Under the pieces are notes generated by a model. That model searched no databases, had not been told where the DNA came from, and saw nothing but the letters and a program-made list of their open reading frames with translations. Both the position numbers and the translations under genes were made by a program. Of a DNA stretch of 64,000 nucleotides, positions 38,431 to 51,176 are shown piece by piece (position 1 is the stretch's first letter; each line of letters starts with the position of its first letter). Origin of the DNA: Leucoraja erinacea (Eukaryota); the NCBI RefSeq assembly GCF_028641065.1, contig NC_073410.1:4340001-4404000 (forward strand), written 5' to 3'.

Positions 38431-39029
38431 GTCTCTACTCATCATATTTTCTGCCTGTCTAAATGCCTCCTAAAATAATTTTCAATATGGATATCAAGTT
38501 CTACTTTCTCTCATAATGTTTAACACTTTTCTCGTTCCATTGGTACTTTCCTCTCCCTGCAGTTCTCCCACACGTCACTGCATCTCCGCAGGTGAGAGAT
38601 ATCATTCAAGAGTTTGCCTCCATGGTCATTAGTCAAGTGGCAGCCAGGATTGCCTTAGCCACTTATTCACCCACAGCGAGATGGTCCACCCAAGGTCTTT
38701 CCTAGTAACTGCTACCACAGGAGTTGGCACCGATATCAAACAGCAATCAAAAATAAGGAATCCTGGCTGACTTCCCCGGACATAACTGTTGGAATCCTGA
38801 AACCAATTTTTAATATGCTACCATTAACATAAAATCAGCAAGCTCAGCAAAAATCCAAACAACCTGGAGTTGTAAGTTGCGGCTTACATCTACAACTGAC
38901 TAGATTTTAGGCAGTTAATTTTTGTTGAAGGAGAAAAATCAAACCTCCTGATGATCACAAGAAAGATAAAATAATTTGCATATGACATTCTTCAGGACTT
39001 AAATCCTGTTGCATTTAAAAGAGTGGGTT

Positions 39030-39745
39030 CTTGGGTGGGCGGCACAGTGGCCTCTGCAGTCTGTCTGTGTATTTTTTATTTTTTTTATCCCGTTGAGGGT
39101 TTAGTTTGTAGCGGGTTTTTAAATGTGTATGTGTGGGGGGTGGGTGGGGAAAACTTTTAAATCTCTTCCCTGCATGCAGACCCGTCCTTTTACTTGTCGG
39201 GTCTCCGTTGCCGTTGGGGCCTAGCGCCGTGGAGCGGCCTCCAACCGGAATGACCTGGAGGCTCAAGTCACAGAGCCGCGGAGCTGTGGAGCTGCGGACT
39301 TACCATCGTGGAGCTAGCCGGCTTCGGAACGTGGAGAGCTGCGGTGGTGCGGGGGTGCGACCCGACTCCGGTGGATGGCGACACCGGGAGCCCGCGGGTC
39401 CCCACTGGAAGACGGCACCGGCAACGGCGACTTCTCCCGCTCGAATTGCGGGGTTGAGAGTGACCTGGAGTGGGGCCTTACATCGCCAGCCGTGGCTTTG
39501 AGTGGCCGCGGACTTCCTAGCGCCCGTCAGGGGCTTTGACCTCGACTTCAGGAGAGGAATGGAGAGCAGGGGAGAGATAAGACTTTGCCTCCCATCACAG
39601 TGAGGAGGAGATTCACTGTGATGGATGTTTGTGTGAATTGTATTGGTGTGTGTCTTGGTTCTTTTCTTGTTTGGCTGCAGAAACCAAATTTCGTTTGAAC
39701 CTCATGTGAGGTTCAAATGACAAATAAAAGGTATGGTATTGTAGG
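39030..39745 (+). mobile_element. GC/CpG-rich non-autonomous retroelement
   Basis: CpG-rich body, 12-bp hairpin ccatcacagtga/tcactgtgatgg, 3' stem-loop tttgaacctca/tgaggttcaaa, aataaa and short repeat tail. Confidence 0.65.
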
Positions 39746-39764
39746 TAAACAGTAATATTGCATG

Positions 39765-40100
39765 TTCATAAGTTATAGGAGAATAATTAGGTCATACGGC
39801 CCAACACGTCTACTCTGCCATTCAATCGCGGCTGATCCACCTTCCGCCTCTCAATCCCATTCTCCTGCCTTCTCTCCATAGCCCCTGACACCCACACTAA
39901 TCAAGAATTTGTCAATCTCCGCCTTCAAAATATCCATTGACTTAGCCTCCACAGACTTCTGCCGCAATGAATTCCACAGATTCACCAACTTCTTACTGAA
40001 GAAATTCCTCCTCATCTTTCTTAAGGAATGTCCTTTTATTCTGAGGCTATGGCCTCTGGTCCAAGACTCCCCCACTAGTGGAAACATCCTCTCCACATTC
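39765..40100 (-). mobile_element. CR1 3' fragment
   Basis: ERMFPLVGES.TRGHSLRIKG...VNLWNSL...GYGEKAGEW. Confidence 0.9.
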
Positions 40101-40852
40101 AGCTAAAATATGGTGATGGTCTGGTAATTGTGCATGAAATAATGGTGACTATAGCAGTGGAAATAAAATAAGGAGAATATCAAAGAAAAACGTAGATACA
40201 TTTGTTTCCAGTTTCTTCTCAGGAATTGCAAACTGTGAAGACACAGATGACTATCAAGAGGACATTACCTTAACACAAAATTCTAACAGGTTAATACAAA
40301 TTTCACTGGATATAGGCCCAATATAGGGTCATATAAAAACATAATTTACAAAGCAGAAATGCTGATTAAATAGATTTATCCCACATCTGTTTTTTGTCAG
40401 TAAATTCAAATTATGGAACAAATGTTTACCTCCTGTATTAAAACTAAGACCACAGTCCAACTGTGATTTAAGCAAAAAAGATTTGGATCACTTTTTACAC
40501 TTAAGCAAGTCCAAAGTACAATGTTTATTATTAATCGCAATATTTTAGATATATCCCTTCTGAACTATTGCTCTATATTACGTTATAAATATTATATCAC
40601 GGACTGCAAAAGATGTCAGTCACATGTCTTTTTGACAGTTCTAAATGAACTGCTGAACAACTTCCTGAAGTTACTTTAATCATTTAAGTGATTAATAACT
40701 GGGACATTATGAATAAATGTGCCTGTTAGTTAAAGAACATTAAGCCAATAAAGAATAGTACTTTATAAAGGCAAATCAGCTGCAAACAAGTGGAAGACAT
40801 TTATCTGAAATGAGTAACTACAACAAATTTCTTAGCAGAAAGCAAAACTGAC

Positions 40853-40992
40853 CTGTATCGTTGATAGTCATTTTCATCGTTGTCCAAATTAACAAGTTCA
40901 TTGGGACAGGCTACATTTCCAAGGAGGCTGAGGTACTTAAGTGAAGGGACTACTTCAGCCAAATGATCCAAAAGGCTGTCTAATTCAGTTAT
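40853..40992 (-). CDS. LRMDA: LRMDA internal coding exon (140 nt): [46 protein letters not shown](R)
   Basis: Matches [35 protein letters not shown]...DY.RYR. Preceded by an AC acceptor, followed by donor CAG|GTCAGT. Phase is consistent with both neighbouring exons. Confidence 0.96.
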
Positions 40993-42118
40993 GTGTCAAA
41001 GGTTATGGTTAAGGATTCAATCACATTAATGAAAAGGCATTTATAAAGAAGCATAGGTAAAATATAATTTACATCAGGGGCTGGCCATCAAAATTTACTA
41101 CTGCACTCAGGACTTGTCAAAGTTATTGTTGAAGGGCAATTCACTGCTAACATATGTCAGAATTCTGGCATATATTGAAAGAATCTGCTTCCTTTTAGTT
41201 CACTCGCTTTCTTTCAAAGGTGGTTCAGTTTCAAACATTTAAAAACTTTGACAAAATGATGGATGTTGTGTGGCCAAATGGTAAGCAATTGTTGAAACTG
41301 AAACTTTTCCAAGGAGGAAACAAACAGCCACTTCACACTACATCCATCATGAATATATTCAAGTCATTGTAAAATGAGTCCACAGTGGCAAACAATAACA
41401 GCCATTTTGCCCCAAGTACATAAACGTTGGGTTAAGATGTTAGTATAGTCAGAATTATGTCTCCAGTAAATTGCAAGATACATTGTTTCTGCACTTTCAC
41501 TCTAAAATCTTGATTTAAACGTTTGTCAGTACCCCACTTTCCATGTACATATTATAAAACCTTGCCCAGAAATGATACAATACATAGTGTTTAACTTAGT
41601 ATGCAGAAAAAGTGTGGTTAATGTGAGTTTATCCAAACACAACATTAGCTTTGTCAGTCCTTTAAGAATTATTCAATAGATGCTGCATACACATATTTTA
41701 GAACACCATTCCAAATTGTATTTATCTCAATTTGATTAAGCATGCATTGCAGTAAACACTATTTACACCCAACTCTGCCAGTTATTTATTTTGTTTCCCC
41801 CTCATTTAACAGTTTGCAAGGGCCTGATTCTATCATGTACAATAATTATTCCAGCAGAGGGCCCTATTCCATCCTGCACAAACCATTCCCCATCTTCCTT
41901 TAAAATCAGATGTTATTCCTTCCCCCTCCCTCAGCCCCACCTCCCCACCATCCTTAATGCGTTGACGGGAATTCTGAACAAGACTTGGATCGGTGCTGCT
42001 AAATAACTTCTGGCCTGCCCTTCATTCAAGGGAACAGGCTCGTGCATAAACAAAATTTCAAATGATTCCCTTCAAATTAGTTGCTACATAATTTAACACA
42101 CCGCTGTGCAAAGGATAT
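40993..42118 (-). other. U12-type (minor spliceosome) AT-AC intron of LRMDA, 1126 nt
   Basis: 5' splice site ATATCCTTT at 42118-42110, branch site TCCTTAAC at 41015-41008, terminal AC at 40994-40993. Splicing restores a continuous LRMDA frame (..NKNQ|ITEL..). Confidence 0.95.
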
Positions 42119-42245
42119 TTGGTTCTTGTTGATCGTCAGGGTATGAAGGTATGGTAACCTAGGCAACTGTAGGTCACTTCTGAGAAGATTGTTGTCCAGG
42201 ATTAGTTCTTCCAGGCAGACAAATTCTTCAAGTCCTTCTAGTGAC
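42119..42245 (-). CDS. LRMDA: LRMDA internal coding exon (127 nt): (R)[42 protein letters not shown]
   Basis: Manual translation gives leucine-rich repeats matching recalled human LRMDA ([31 protein letters not shown]). Acceptor is ctcttattgtttcag; the exon is followed by the U12 donor ATATCCTTT. Confidence 0.96.
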
Positions 42246-45029
42246 CTGAAACAATAAGAGAACAGGAAAAATGATATGCTACTAAATCAGGAAGACCATT
42301 ATCCACGGAAATAAATATTTCACCCTTCCCTTTCACAAGCTGCAAAGTTTAAGTTCGGACTTGACAAGCCAGTGAATGACAAGAATTAGTGGCAGAGGGA
42401 ACACTGGCTCAGGCTCACATTTTTCACACACTGGCAGAATGAAGAATGAGGGTCACTTAGTGAGTAGCCAGGATCTAAAACAAAAGGCTTCAGATATGGG
42501 GCCTGGAGGATGAATTTGTCAATGTCTTGTACCTTGAGGCACCCAGCCTCCATTGACCCAAACCTTCATTCCCAAGATAAATAACTCTGTCACAGTTCAC
42601 CTTCATTCCCTGAACACAAATTTAAGTTGTCATCCATCATTCAGTCCAAATATCATATTCTGGTGCAGCTAATGAATATAGGTTTGCCATCACGCTCAGA
42701 TGTGACCACTGTGCAATCTGAAGAGATGACAGAATAAAATTAAACGTGATATTTATCATACGGGGCTTGTGCTTCCACCAAAAAAAATCTCAGCTGCCAA
42801 CTGCTCCCAAGAACTGTGCGTGGTTTACTCCTCTGTACCTGGGAAGTCTGTCAGGGAACTAGGGGGGGGGAGAGAGAAAAACAGCCGGTGTCTGGTATAT
42901 TTAACAATGGAAAACGTTGTTTTTGAATAATGGTGTATAAATAGAAAATTCTTATCATGAGAATCAGCAAATGGATTGCAACTGGCAAACAGGAAAAAAA
43001 ACACACGCACACATCTAAACGCTTCAGGGGATGCATAAAACAAAATGACAGACCATGAAGTGGGACAAAGAGTCTGGAACACTAGAGGGAGTTGCCCATT
43101 GAAACAGACCCGCTCACTACTAAAGCCTGATTTAGTTTCAGAAACAGGCAGAGAAAATTTCTGCACAAATCCCCTTACACCTGTCTGATTTTGATAATTT
43201 TGCCATGTAATTTTATTAACTGCTCAGTTTAAAAAAAAGGTAGCTGCATCACACAAGGGCTTGCTTATTAATTGCTGTTTTTCTTGTCATCAGCTTGATG
43301 TGCACTGTGTGATTTAATCAGTGAAATTTACAAGTGTAGGCGCAAAGGGGATGGTTGGGGGGGGGGGGGGGGAGGAGGAGGAGGGGTTGGGAAGGAAGGG
43401 ACAGAGGGCGTTGAAAAGTGGCTCTTATTTAAATGTCTTCTGCTTCTTAATGTTTTTTGTACACACTTTCCCACCCCACGCTTGAAGCAAATAGCAAATT
43501 GAATAGTTATGCTCAGCAGTCGGTGTTTTTTTCCCCGTAGTTTTGTTGAAAGCTGATGAACAATGTCACAACGCCTACTGTGTTTACCTATTACACGGCT
43601 CTAATGACCTGCAACTGCCCATTATCTCACCCACAGGTACCATCTCCTTTACCTCACTGCAGGGCTCAGCACACTCCCAAAGGAATCCCAACACAGCCGA
43701 GAGATTTACATTGCAATTTCCGAAGTCACATCAAGATGACAAAACATCAAAATGCATTTCATTCTGCCCGACTCAAATGGAGAGAACTTTTAAGTTTCCA
43801 CTGTAATTAACCCTATCCTCGTTAAGATAATTATGATCAAGCTCTCTGTCACCGCTAATATCCCAGAATCATTGCCTATGGCTCACACCTCACCCTCATT
43901 ATCTTACAGAAATGTAGCATACAACACGCGGTGGCGGCTGGCTGCCCCACTGAGAATCAAGGCGGCTTTCTTTTGAAGGGAGTTGGGGAGACATTTTTGA
44001 GGGGAGGGTGATGGGGACTGTGTTATAAGGATAGGTCCACAACACCAGTGTGAAAAGGCAATGTTTAGATTCAAACAAAGCAGCACAGACTTGGGAGTGA
44101 CAGGCAAATTGACATGCTGTTCAGAGGGCATATGATAAATGTTTGATGAATTGGCAAAAGCTGAAGGAGTGATGGGCTTCATATGTTCATAATGGACTAG
44201 CTGCCTTTCAGTTCTGATTGCCTGCCAAGATAAGAGAACATAATGAATGGGCAAACAGAGCCCTGCTATATAAAAAAAAAAGTGGGATTCAACTGGTTTT
44301 AATAAACTTAATAAAAGTGCAGAAGCTAAGAGACGGCAGTTGAAATGAGATGTGAGAAAAGAAGGGAGATTAGATCAACTTTAAAAATCTTGTCGGCAAA
44401 GTTGCAGGATGAGAAGGAAGTCGGAATTAAAACAAAGTTCTGTCACAGAGGCTGTGAGACAGAGAGCCTCCGAGAGCTCTGGGTGAATTATACACTGCCT
44501 CTCAAGATTCACAGCCCTTCGTGGTAGGAGGTTAATATTCTCACATGTCATTAGGTCTGCTGGCTCCACTGATGGCTCATTGAATCAGGCAGCAAATTAT
44601 TTCCTCATGCTGGAAAGGACACCACACTTCAAAGGGAAGGAGCCAGGGTCAGACTGGCTCTGCAGTTTGATTAATGACTCAGGATCAGCAGAGGTTGCCT
44701 GTAGGTATGAATGTGACTGAGTCTTTTGACAAGACTGACTTTAGAGCGCGGCTTGACCTGGGCTCTTACCAACTTTGCTTCTAACTATGCTTTTGACCAA
44801 CCTGATCGGGACTGTCAGTTTAATTTTCTGACCCTTTACACCATGTTCCCAAGGATGGGAGTCATTGCCGGCACAGCTTGATATCTTCTTTAAAAATGTG
44901 TAATATTCTTACCAAGTGAACCTTTAATTTAGTGATCCGACTCAAAATGCTGCATCTGCAGTTTTACTCCATTTCATAAACTGTGCCTTTACATTTGGCC
45001 GAGCTTGTTCCGACAGATAAGGCAGCATT

Positions 45030-45135
45030 ACTATTGACAGTCTGTTTGAGTGTCAAAATACCACACTAAATTATCATTAAGTGTCTGTCACTTCTACTTC
45101 TTCTGATCAATCGCATTTGATGGATGTCATTGATG
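45030..45135. promoter_or_regulatory. Candidate PBX-HOX/MEIS enhancer motif cluster
   Basis: TGACAG 45035-45040, CTGTCA 45085-45090, TGATCAAT 45104-45111 and TGATGGAT 45118-45125, inside a TE-free block. Confidence 0.5.
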
Positions 45136-46459
45136 CAACTATGCCAATGACCCCCTTATTCAGCCACTCCCTGCATCAAGAGCACATCAAAGCAATCCAA
45201 GCGGCCCACACCTCACCCATTTCCCTGCTCCCCCATACATCTCACAGATAAGCACTTTAAACCAACAAAGCACCATTACAGAAGTTAGACATCAATGCCA
45301 AATCAAAGGCTTTCCCTATCGCTACCAGCACTCACACTCCTTTAGGCAAGAGGAAAAATCTCAATATTTGAACATGAAGTTGAAATAAAAATGGCTGATT
45401 GTATGATGTGAGACTGAGACCTTTGCAGCAAAGTAGGGATTAAAGTCCCTGCCACCTGTGTTGTCAATCTCATGGGCCCCATTACCTCCATCTTCTTCAT
45501 AATTTTTAGCCAACAGATTAAAATACTAGTCCTACAATCTTTGATCTTTCATTCAGCGACATAAATCCATTGAAGCCTCTAACAATTTCTGCTGTGGTAA
45601 TTAGTACTTATTAAAAGTTTTCAGCAGTCCTTGCAGTATTTTTTCCCCCTAAGAAATTGCCTTTATAAGTACCTTCCATCTTTGAAATGTCCGCATGACT
45701 CGCTTTCTTCTTAAACTAATTCATGCAGATCAAGTAGATTAGTGACTCTATTATTTCAAAGAACAAGGGAAAACAACAGGTTTTTATAATCTACCTGACC
45801 CAGGGATGGTGGAGTTCTGATTAGGATTTAGATACATCATTACAAACATCTGTGTGACTGGGCACTTAATTCAGACATTTAAACAATGTGAAATAAATTT
45901 TCATAAACCTCAGAGACTTTCTCTATGAAACCATCAATTTGTACCCATTGCCATTTGTTTGGAAAACATTTAAAATTGGTTGTATATTTTAAATTATTTA
46001 GTTGACATCTCACTCGTGTGTATTCCAGTACACATAAGCCATAAATTCTTTCACATTTAACAAGAGTTCTTTGAGGTGTTGTATAAATAATGTGAAGGTG
46101 GTTATTTATTGATGCTCATTGCATTACTTTCTTTTTTATTTCTAACAGTGCATCAAAGGCAATGATTAGACATGCAAGTAGAAGCACATCACTGAACTTA
46201 TGAAAGTAGTAAATCAAATACCGCATTTACATTGGGCAACAAACTACTACTGTGTATTTAAAATGGACACTTTTCCCTAAATTACTCCATTCACTTTATC
46301 AAAACATAGTTTTTGTCAAACAAAACACACAAAATCAACACAAACTACACTTTCCAGTGTGGTAAATCAGTGCAGAAATCCGTGCACTATTAAAATATTT
46401 AGCATAATACTTTAATAAGCACATTGCCTAAGATAAAATATAAATTGCTGATTTAGTGG

Positions 46460-47103
46460 AGTCAGCATGGAAATAAGTCCTTCAGCCCAACTTGTTTCTT
46501 GCCAACCAAGATGCCCTATCAAAACTAGTCCCATTTGCCTTGTACACCTTTTCTCTCCATGTACCTGTCGTTTTACCTAAGTACCTATCTTTTAAATGCC
46601 GTCATTGTACTTTCTGGCAGCTCCTTCCAGAAACCCACCACCCTCTGTGAAAAATATTCCACTCGGGTTCTGACAAAATCTTTCCCCTCTCACCTTAGAC
46701 AGATACCCGCTAGTTCTTGATTCCTCTATATTGTAAAAAGACTCTCATGCATTCAGCTTTATCTGTTCCCATGATTTTACGCACCTCTTTAAGATCACCC
46801 ATTAGCCTCCTGCACTTCAAAGAATAAACCTAGCCTGCCCAACCTCTCCCTACAGCTCAACCCTTGAGTCAATAGACAAAAGATGCAGGAGTAGGCCGTT
46901 CGGCCCTTCGAGCCAGCACTGCCATTCAATGTGATCATGGCTGATCATCCCCGATCAGTACCCCATTCCTGCCTTCTCCCCATATCTCCTGACTCCGCTA
47001 TCTTCAAGAGCCCTATCTAGCTCTCTCTTGAAAGGATCCAGAGAACCTGCCTCTACCGCCCTCTGAGGCAGAGAATTTCACTGGCTCATAACTCTCTGTG
47101 TGA
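46460..47103 (-). mobile_element. Two adjacent CR1 3' fragments (older 46460-46870, younger 46870-47103)
   Basis: CR1 UTR and ORF2-end similarity to other copies in the window. Confidence 0.82.
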
Positions 47104-50100
47104 AGGGTGGGGAGAGGGAGATGTGACACTGAATCTGGTGGAAGTCGGAGAATGATGTGTTGGGATGCGGATTTACTAATCCTCAAAGAATCTATCACCT
47201 CATCTTTTCCCAGGATTATATTTTATCTGCCACTGTTTTGCCCATTTTATTCTCATCACCATTTTCCCATAGCTGAAGAATTCCCTCCACATTGACAACA
47301 CTACGGCATATTTTTGTGTCCTCCATGGACTTAGTAATTATATCCCCTGGACTCACAAACTGCAATTAGGTGCAGTGCCCTAGGGTTAGGGAGGCAAAGT
47401 ATTGTCTCATACTCCCAATGATAATCTGGTGACTGTCCCTGCCGGTTTACATTTGCACTTTGGTTAAGAACAAGACTGTATTCAACTATGCCGCCTCAGT
47501 GATTAAATAAACCTTCTTCCACCTGCTAGCACTTCTCGTAGCACTGACCTACTCCCACTTTAAAAGGGCAACAGAGATGGAGGCTAGGTGGAGGAGAAGG
47601 TCAAAGAGATGAGAGATAAGCAACTAAAATTTTTTTCTTTCTCTCCAGAGATGCTGCCTGATGCTAACATTTTTCTTGTCTATCTTGCCATCAACTGCAG
47701 TTCCTTTTTATTACATTAAAAAAAATATTTTGTTTTAAATATCAACATGGTAACAGAATGTAGAGTTGTAGAGAATTACACTGCATACAGCATGGCACAT
47801 GGCCCCAAATAAACCATTGTTGTTTATGCTCTACTCCTACATGTTTGGCTCAGCCACTGTGGTGTAGTAGAACCCATATTCATGCCACTCTTAAGCTAGA
47901 GCAACTTCCAAACAGAGCAGACAAAAACATACATTTTAATCATATTAAAAGCCAACAAATATATACTGTAAACTGTGGATGCTGGTGTCCCGCTGAGTTA
48001 CTCCAGCATTTTGTGTCTACACTGTAAAGGCATTGCTAAAACAGAAAGGCACCTTAACAAACTTATTTATTGTTGAAAAGTCTAAATACTTGCAAGTTCT
48101 AAACTTTAAATTAGGGCAAGTGATTAAGTTTTGCTAAATAATTTTACAGATATGAATATTTATCAGGATATTATGTCATGAGCAAATATAAAAATACACT
48201 TAACAAATAACAGAGTCTTATTTTAAGTAAATAGTTAAAACTATGTTTCCACTCTGTTATAGTGTTACTTAAACACAAAGCTGTAACAGAGCAAATTAAA
48301 ATGGTTCACAAGGTTGGATTTATTTAATAAGCTGCTGTTTTTTGGTGGTTGAGGATCAAATCTCACAAGACCCAGCAAGTCTAAGACACCCTTTTACATT
48401 CGAGCTGTCCAAACCGCTGTCAACATCATTAAGTGTTATTCTGCAGTCAATCCATTTAATTAACATTTTTCTTTATGGTGTAATCAACCAAAACTTTTAA
48501 GATTGCCACATCAAAGATTTGTGTTGGAGCCTGTGCTCCCAAATGGGTCTCTGATCTTGCCTATAAAAATGACATACCCTCTATAATTAATTTTGTTGTG
48601 AAATGGATGTTAAGTTAACACTTAACAATGCTGTTGCTTTGTCAACTGTTCTACAGGGTACACACTTCGATATCAACAGGAAAAATCCTTAAACGACAAT
48701 ACCAGTGATAGAGGGGGTGGAAGTTGATTAGGGAAGGGGAGCTGGGGTGAATTCAGGAGTGCCAGAGTACAAAAGACAGACTTGTCTTTTTGTTTAAACA
48801 ACAGGCCCATCCCAAGGTTACCCTTCTGCTAATTCACCATAAACACTGTTTACCATTGTGTAAGATGCACCCGGGTGAAACAGCAACACTACATTCCACC
48901 CAAGCCTGTGCATATTCAAGAACAAAATATGGCAGGACATATCAGCAACACACACGCAGACAGATGCCCGCCATCTGCACTTACTTAAACAGCCCAAAAT
49001 GTCACCTAATAGCCAATATTCTAAACCACTTTAAAAGATCATGACAGAGAAAAATACAGACATACTCTTAACAAAAATCTAAGCACTGCTTTACAAGGCA
49101 ACTCGAGTTAGTTACAAACATTTACTGTAGTAAGTATATTTTTAAGGGCTCATTATCATTATGCATCGCAAAATTGCCGCTGGATTTTTTTTTTTGATAA
49201 AAGCACAATTATTTTTGCATTACGGTAAAATGAAGTAGTACAAATGGGTTGGAGCTTTCCTCTGGAACGTTAAGGTTTATCAGGTTAATACTTTCCAAAA
49301 AATGTACATTAACCTAATTTTCAAATGGTGCCACTTCCCACCATCAGCAGTAAAATGTGTAATGATCCAAAATAGAATGAATTAAGCTTTTAGAATAACT
49401 TCATGGGTATCAATTTTGGACAAGCATTTTTTTATGATCTACTATTATTTGTAATTTGAGCCGTGATTTATACCAAGCTTATATTTTATCATTAAGAAGT
49501 GTTTTGGAATATTTTAACCAATTAACATTGTTATAACATTATTTAAATGGCTTTGCAAATTAATTTCATAGTAAATTAGTTTGGAAATTGCTCTAATTGT
49601 TACGCTAGAAGATGTCCTCTACATCTCGCTGGGAAAAGATTTTTTTGTCTGGTGCCATTATGTGTCATCTTGGCTGAGATTTCTGCCTACAAGGGACATT
49701 TAAACTGTGCAGCAGGAACAGCACCACGGATTAGCCAGAGCTGTTTCTCAGGGTTTAAGAACTACAGTAAATCTTCAAACAATTTATCCAAACAAAACCC
49801 AATGTGTGGAAAAAGACACTGGAAACAGATGAATAAGCAACATCAATTACCAGGGTTTGACCTTCAGTGGCCCACACTATGGCACAGATTTCACACCAAA
49901 TCGGAGCAGATTGAAGTTGACAAGCCTGTAGTGAAAACACTGGCCCTCACAAGGTTGCACTCTACAATCAAACCGCCAGGCAAGGGGCCTGCAAACAGGC
50001 TGGTGAATAAGGAATCACGCATAATGTGCCTGGGTTTATTTTAAAGTGAAGAAAATGGCTCAATTTGAGCACTTAGTCTGCAGAAATTGACCAGTCTGAG

Positions 50101-50574
50101 ATACGCCAGGAACATCCGAAAGGACAGCAGAGACTGCCTGCAGATAACTGCACTGGAAGCGCGTACAATGGCTGCCTCCAATGAGCTTTAATGATTCCAA
50201 CCCCACCTCCATCTCCTCTGGTTGACATCAACTTGCCTCCTTTGAAAAAAACGCAATGAGGGCCCCAACCAATATGATGTACATATGATGCACTGTAACA
50301 TTTTCTATCAAATGACAACACCTTCTATTTGGATATCCAGAGGGTGTTATTTGACTGTAAAGTAATTGAGATTATCGAGCCCTCTGGCAAAGTTTTTTCA
50401 TAAAGTTATACTTTACCACACTAGTTCGTTTCTGAAGCTCGGACATGGATTGCAAAAAGGTAAATCCCCACCAAAACAAAACAGGCACATAGATATTTAG
50501 GTTTTGGTTTATTATTGTCACATATATTGAGTTACAGTGGAAGGCTTTGTTTTGCATGCTCTCTAATCAGATCA

Positions 50575-51176
50575 TAAGGTCATAAGTGATACGAGCAGAA
50601 TTAGGTCATTAGGCCCATCAAGTTGACTCCCCTCCATTGAATCTTCCCTGATGTAACACTCACTCCTAACCCCATTCTCCTGCCTTCTCCCCATAACCCC
50701 TGACACCCGTACTAATCATATGACTGTCATATGCTGAGAGAATGGAGCAGCTGGGATTGCACACTCTGGAATTTAGAAGGATGAGAGGGTGTCTCATTGA
50801 AACATATAAGATTGTTAAGGGCTTGGACACGCTAGAGGCAGGAAACATGTTCCCGATGTTGGGGGAGTCCAGAACCAGGGGCCACAGTTTCAGAATAAGG
50901 AGTAAGCCATTTAGAACGGAGACGAGGAAACACCTTTTCTCACAGAGAGTGGTGAGTCTATGGAATTCTCTGCCTCAGAGGGCAGTGGAGGCGGGTTCTC
51001 TGGATGCTTTCAAGAGAGAGCTAGATAGGGCTCTTAAAAATAGCAAAGTCAGGGGATATGGGGAGAAGGCAGGAACGGGATACTGATTGGGGATGATTAG
51101 CCATGATCACATTGAATGGCGGTGCTGGCACGAAGGGCCGAATGGCCTACTCATGCACCTTTTGTCTATTGTCTAT
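50575..51176. mobile_element. Back-to-back CR1 fragments (- 50575-50718; + 50720-51176)
   Basis: The plus copy encodes MEQLGLHTLEFRRMRG...GYGEKAGTGY with a ctattgt tail. Confidence 0.9.

Noticed and set aside
39133-39550. CpG-island/promoter-like stretch and 122-aa ORF
   Set aside because: Lies inside a retroelement whose 3' module recurs elsewhere in the window.
43345-43400. G-run/G-quadruplex-like tract (also C-runs at 8285 and 53018)
   Set aside because: Simple homopolymer tracts; no evidence of function.
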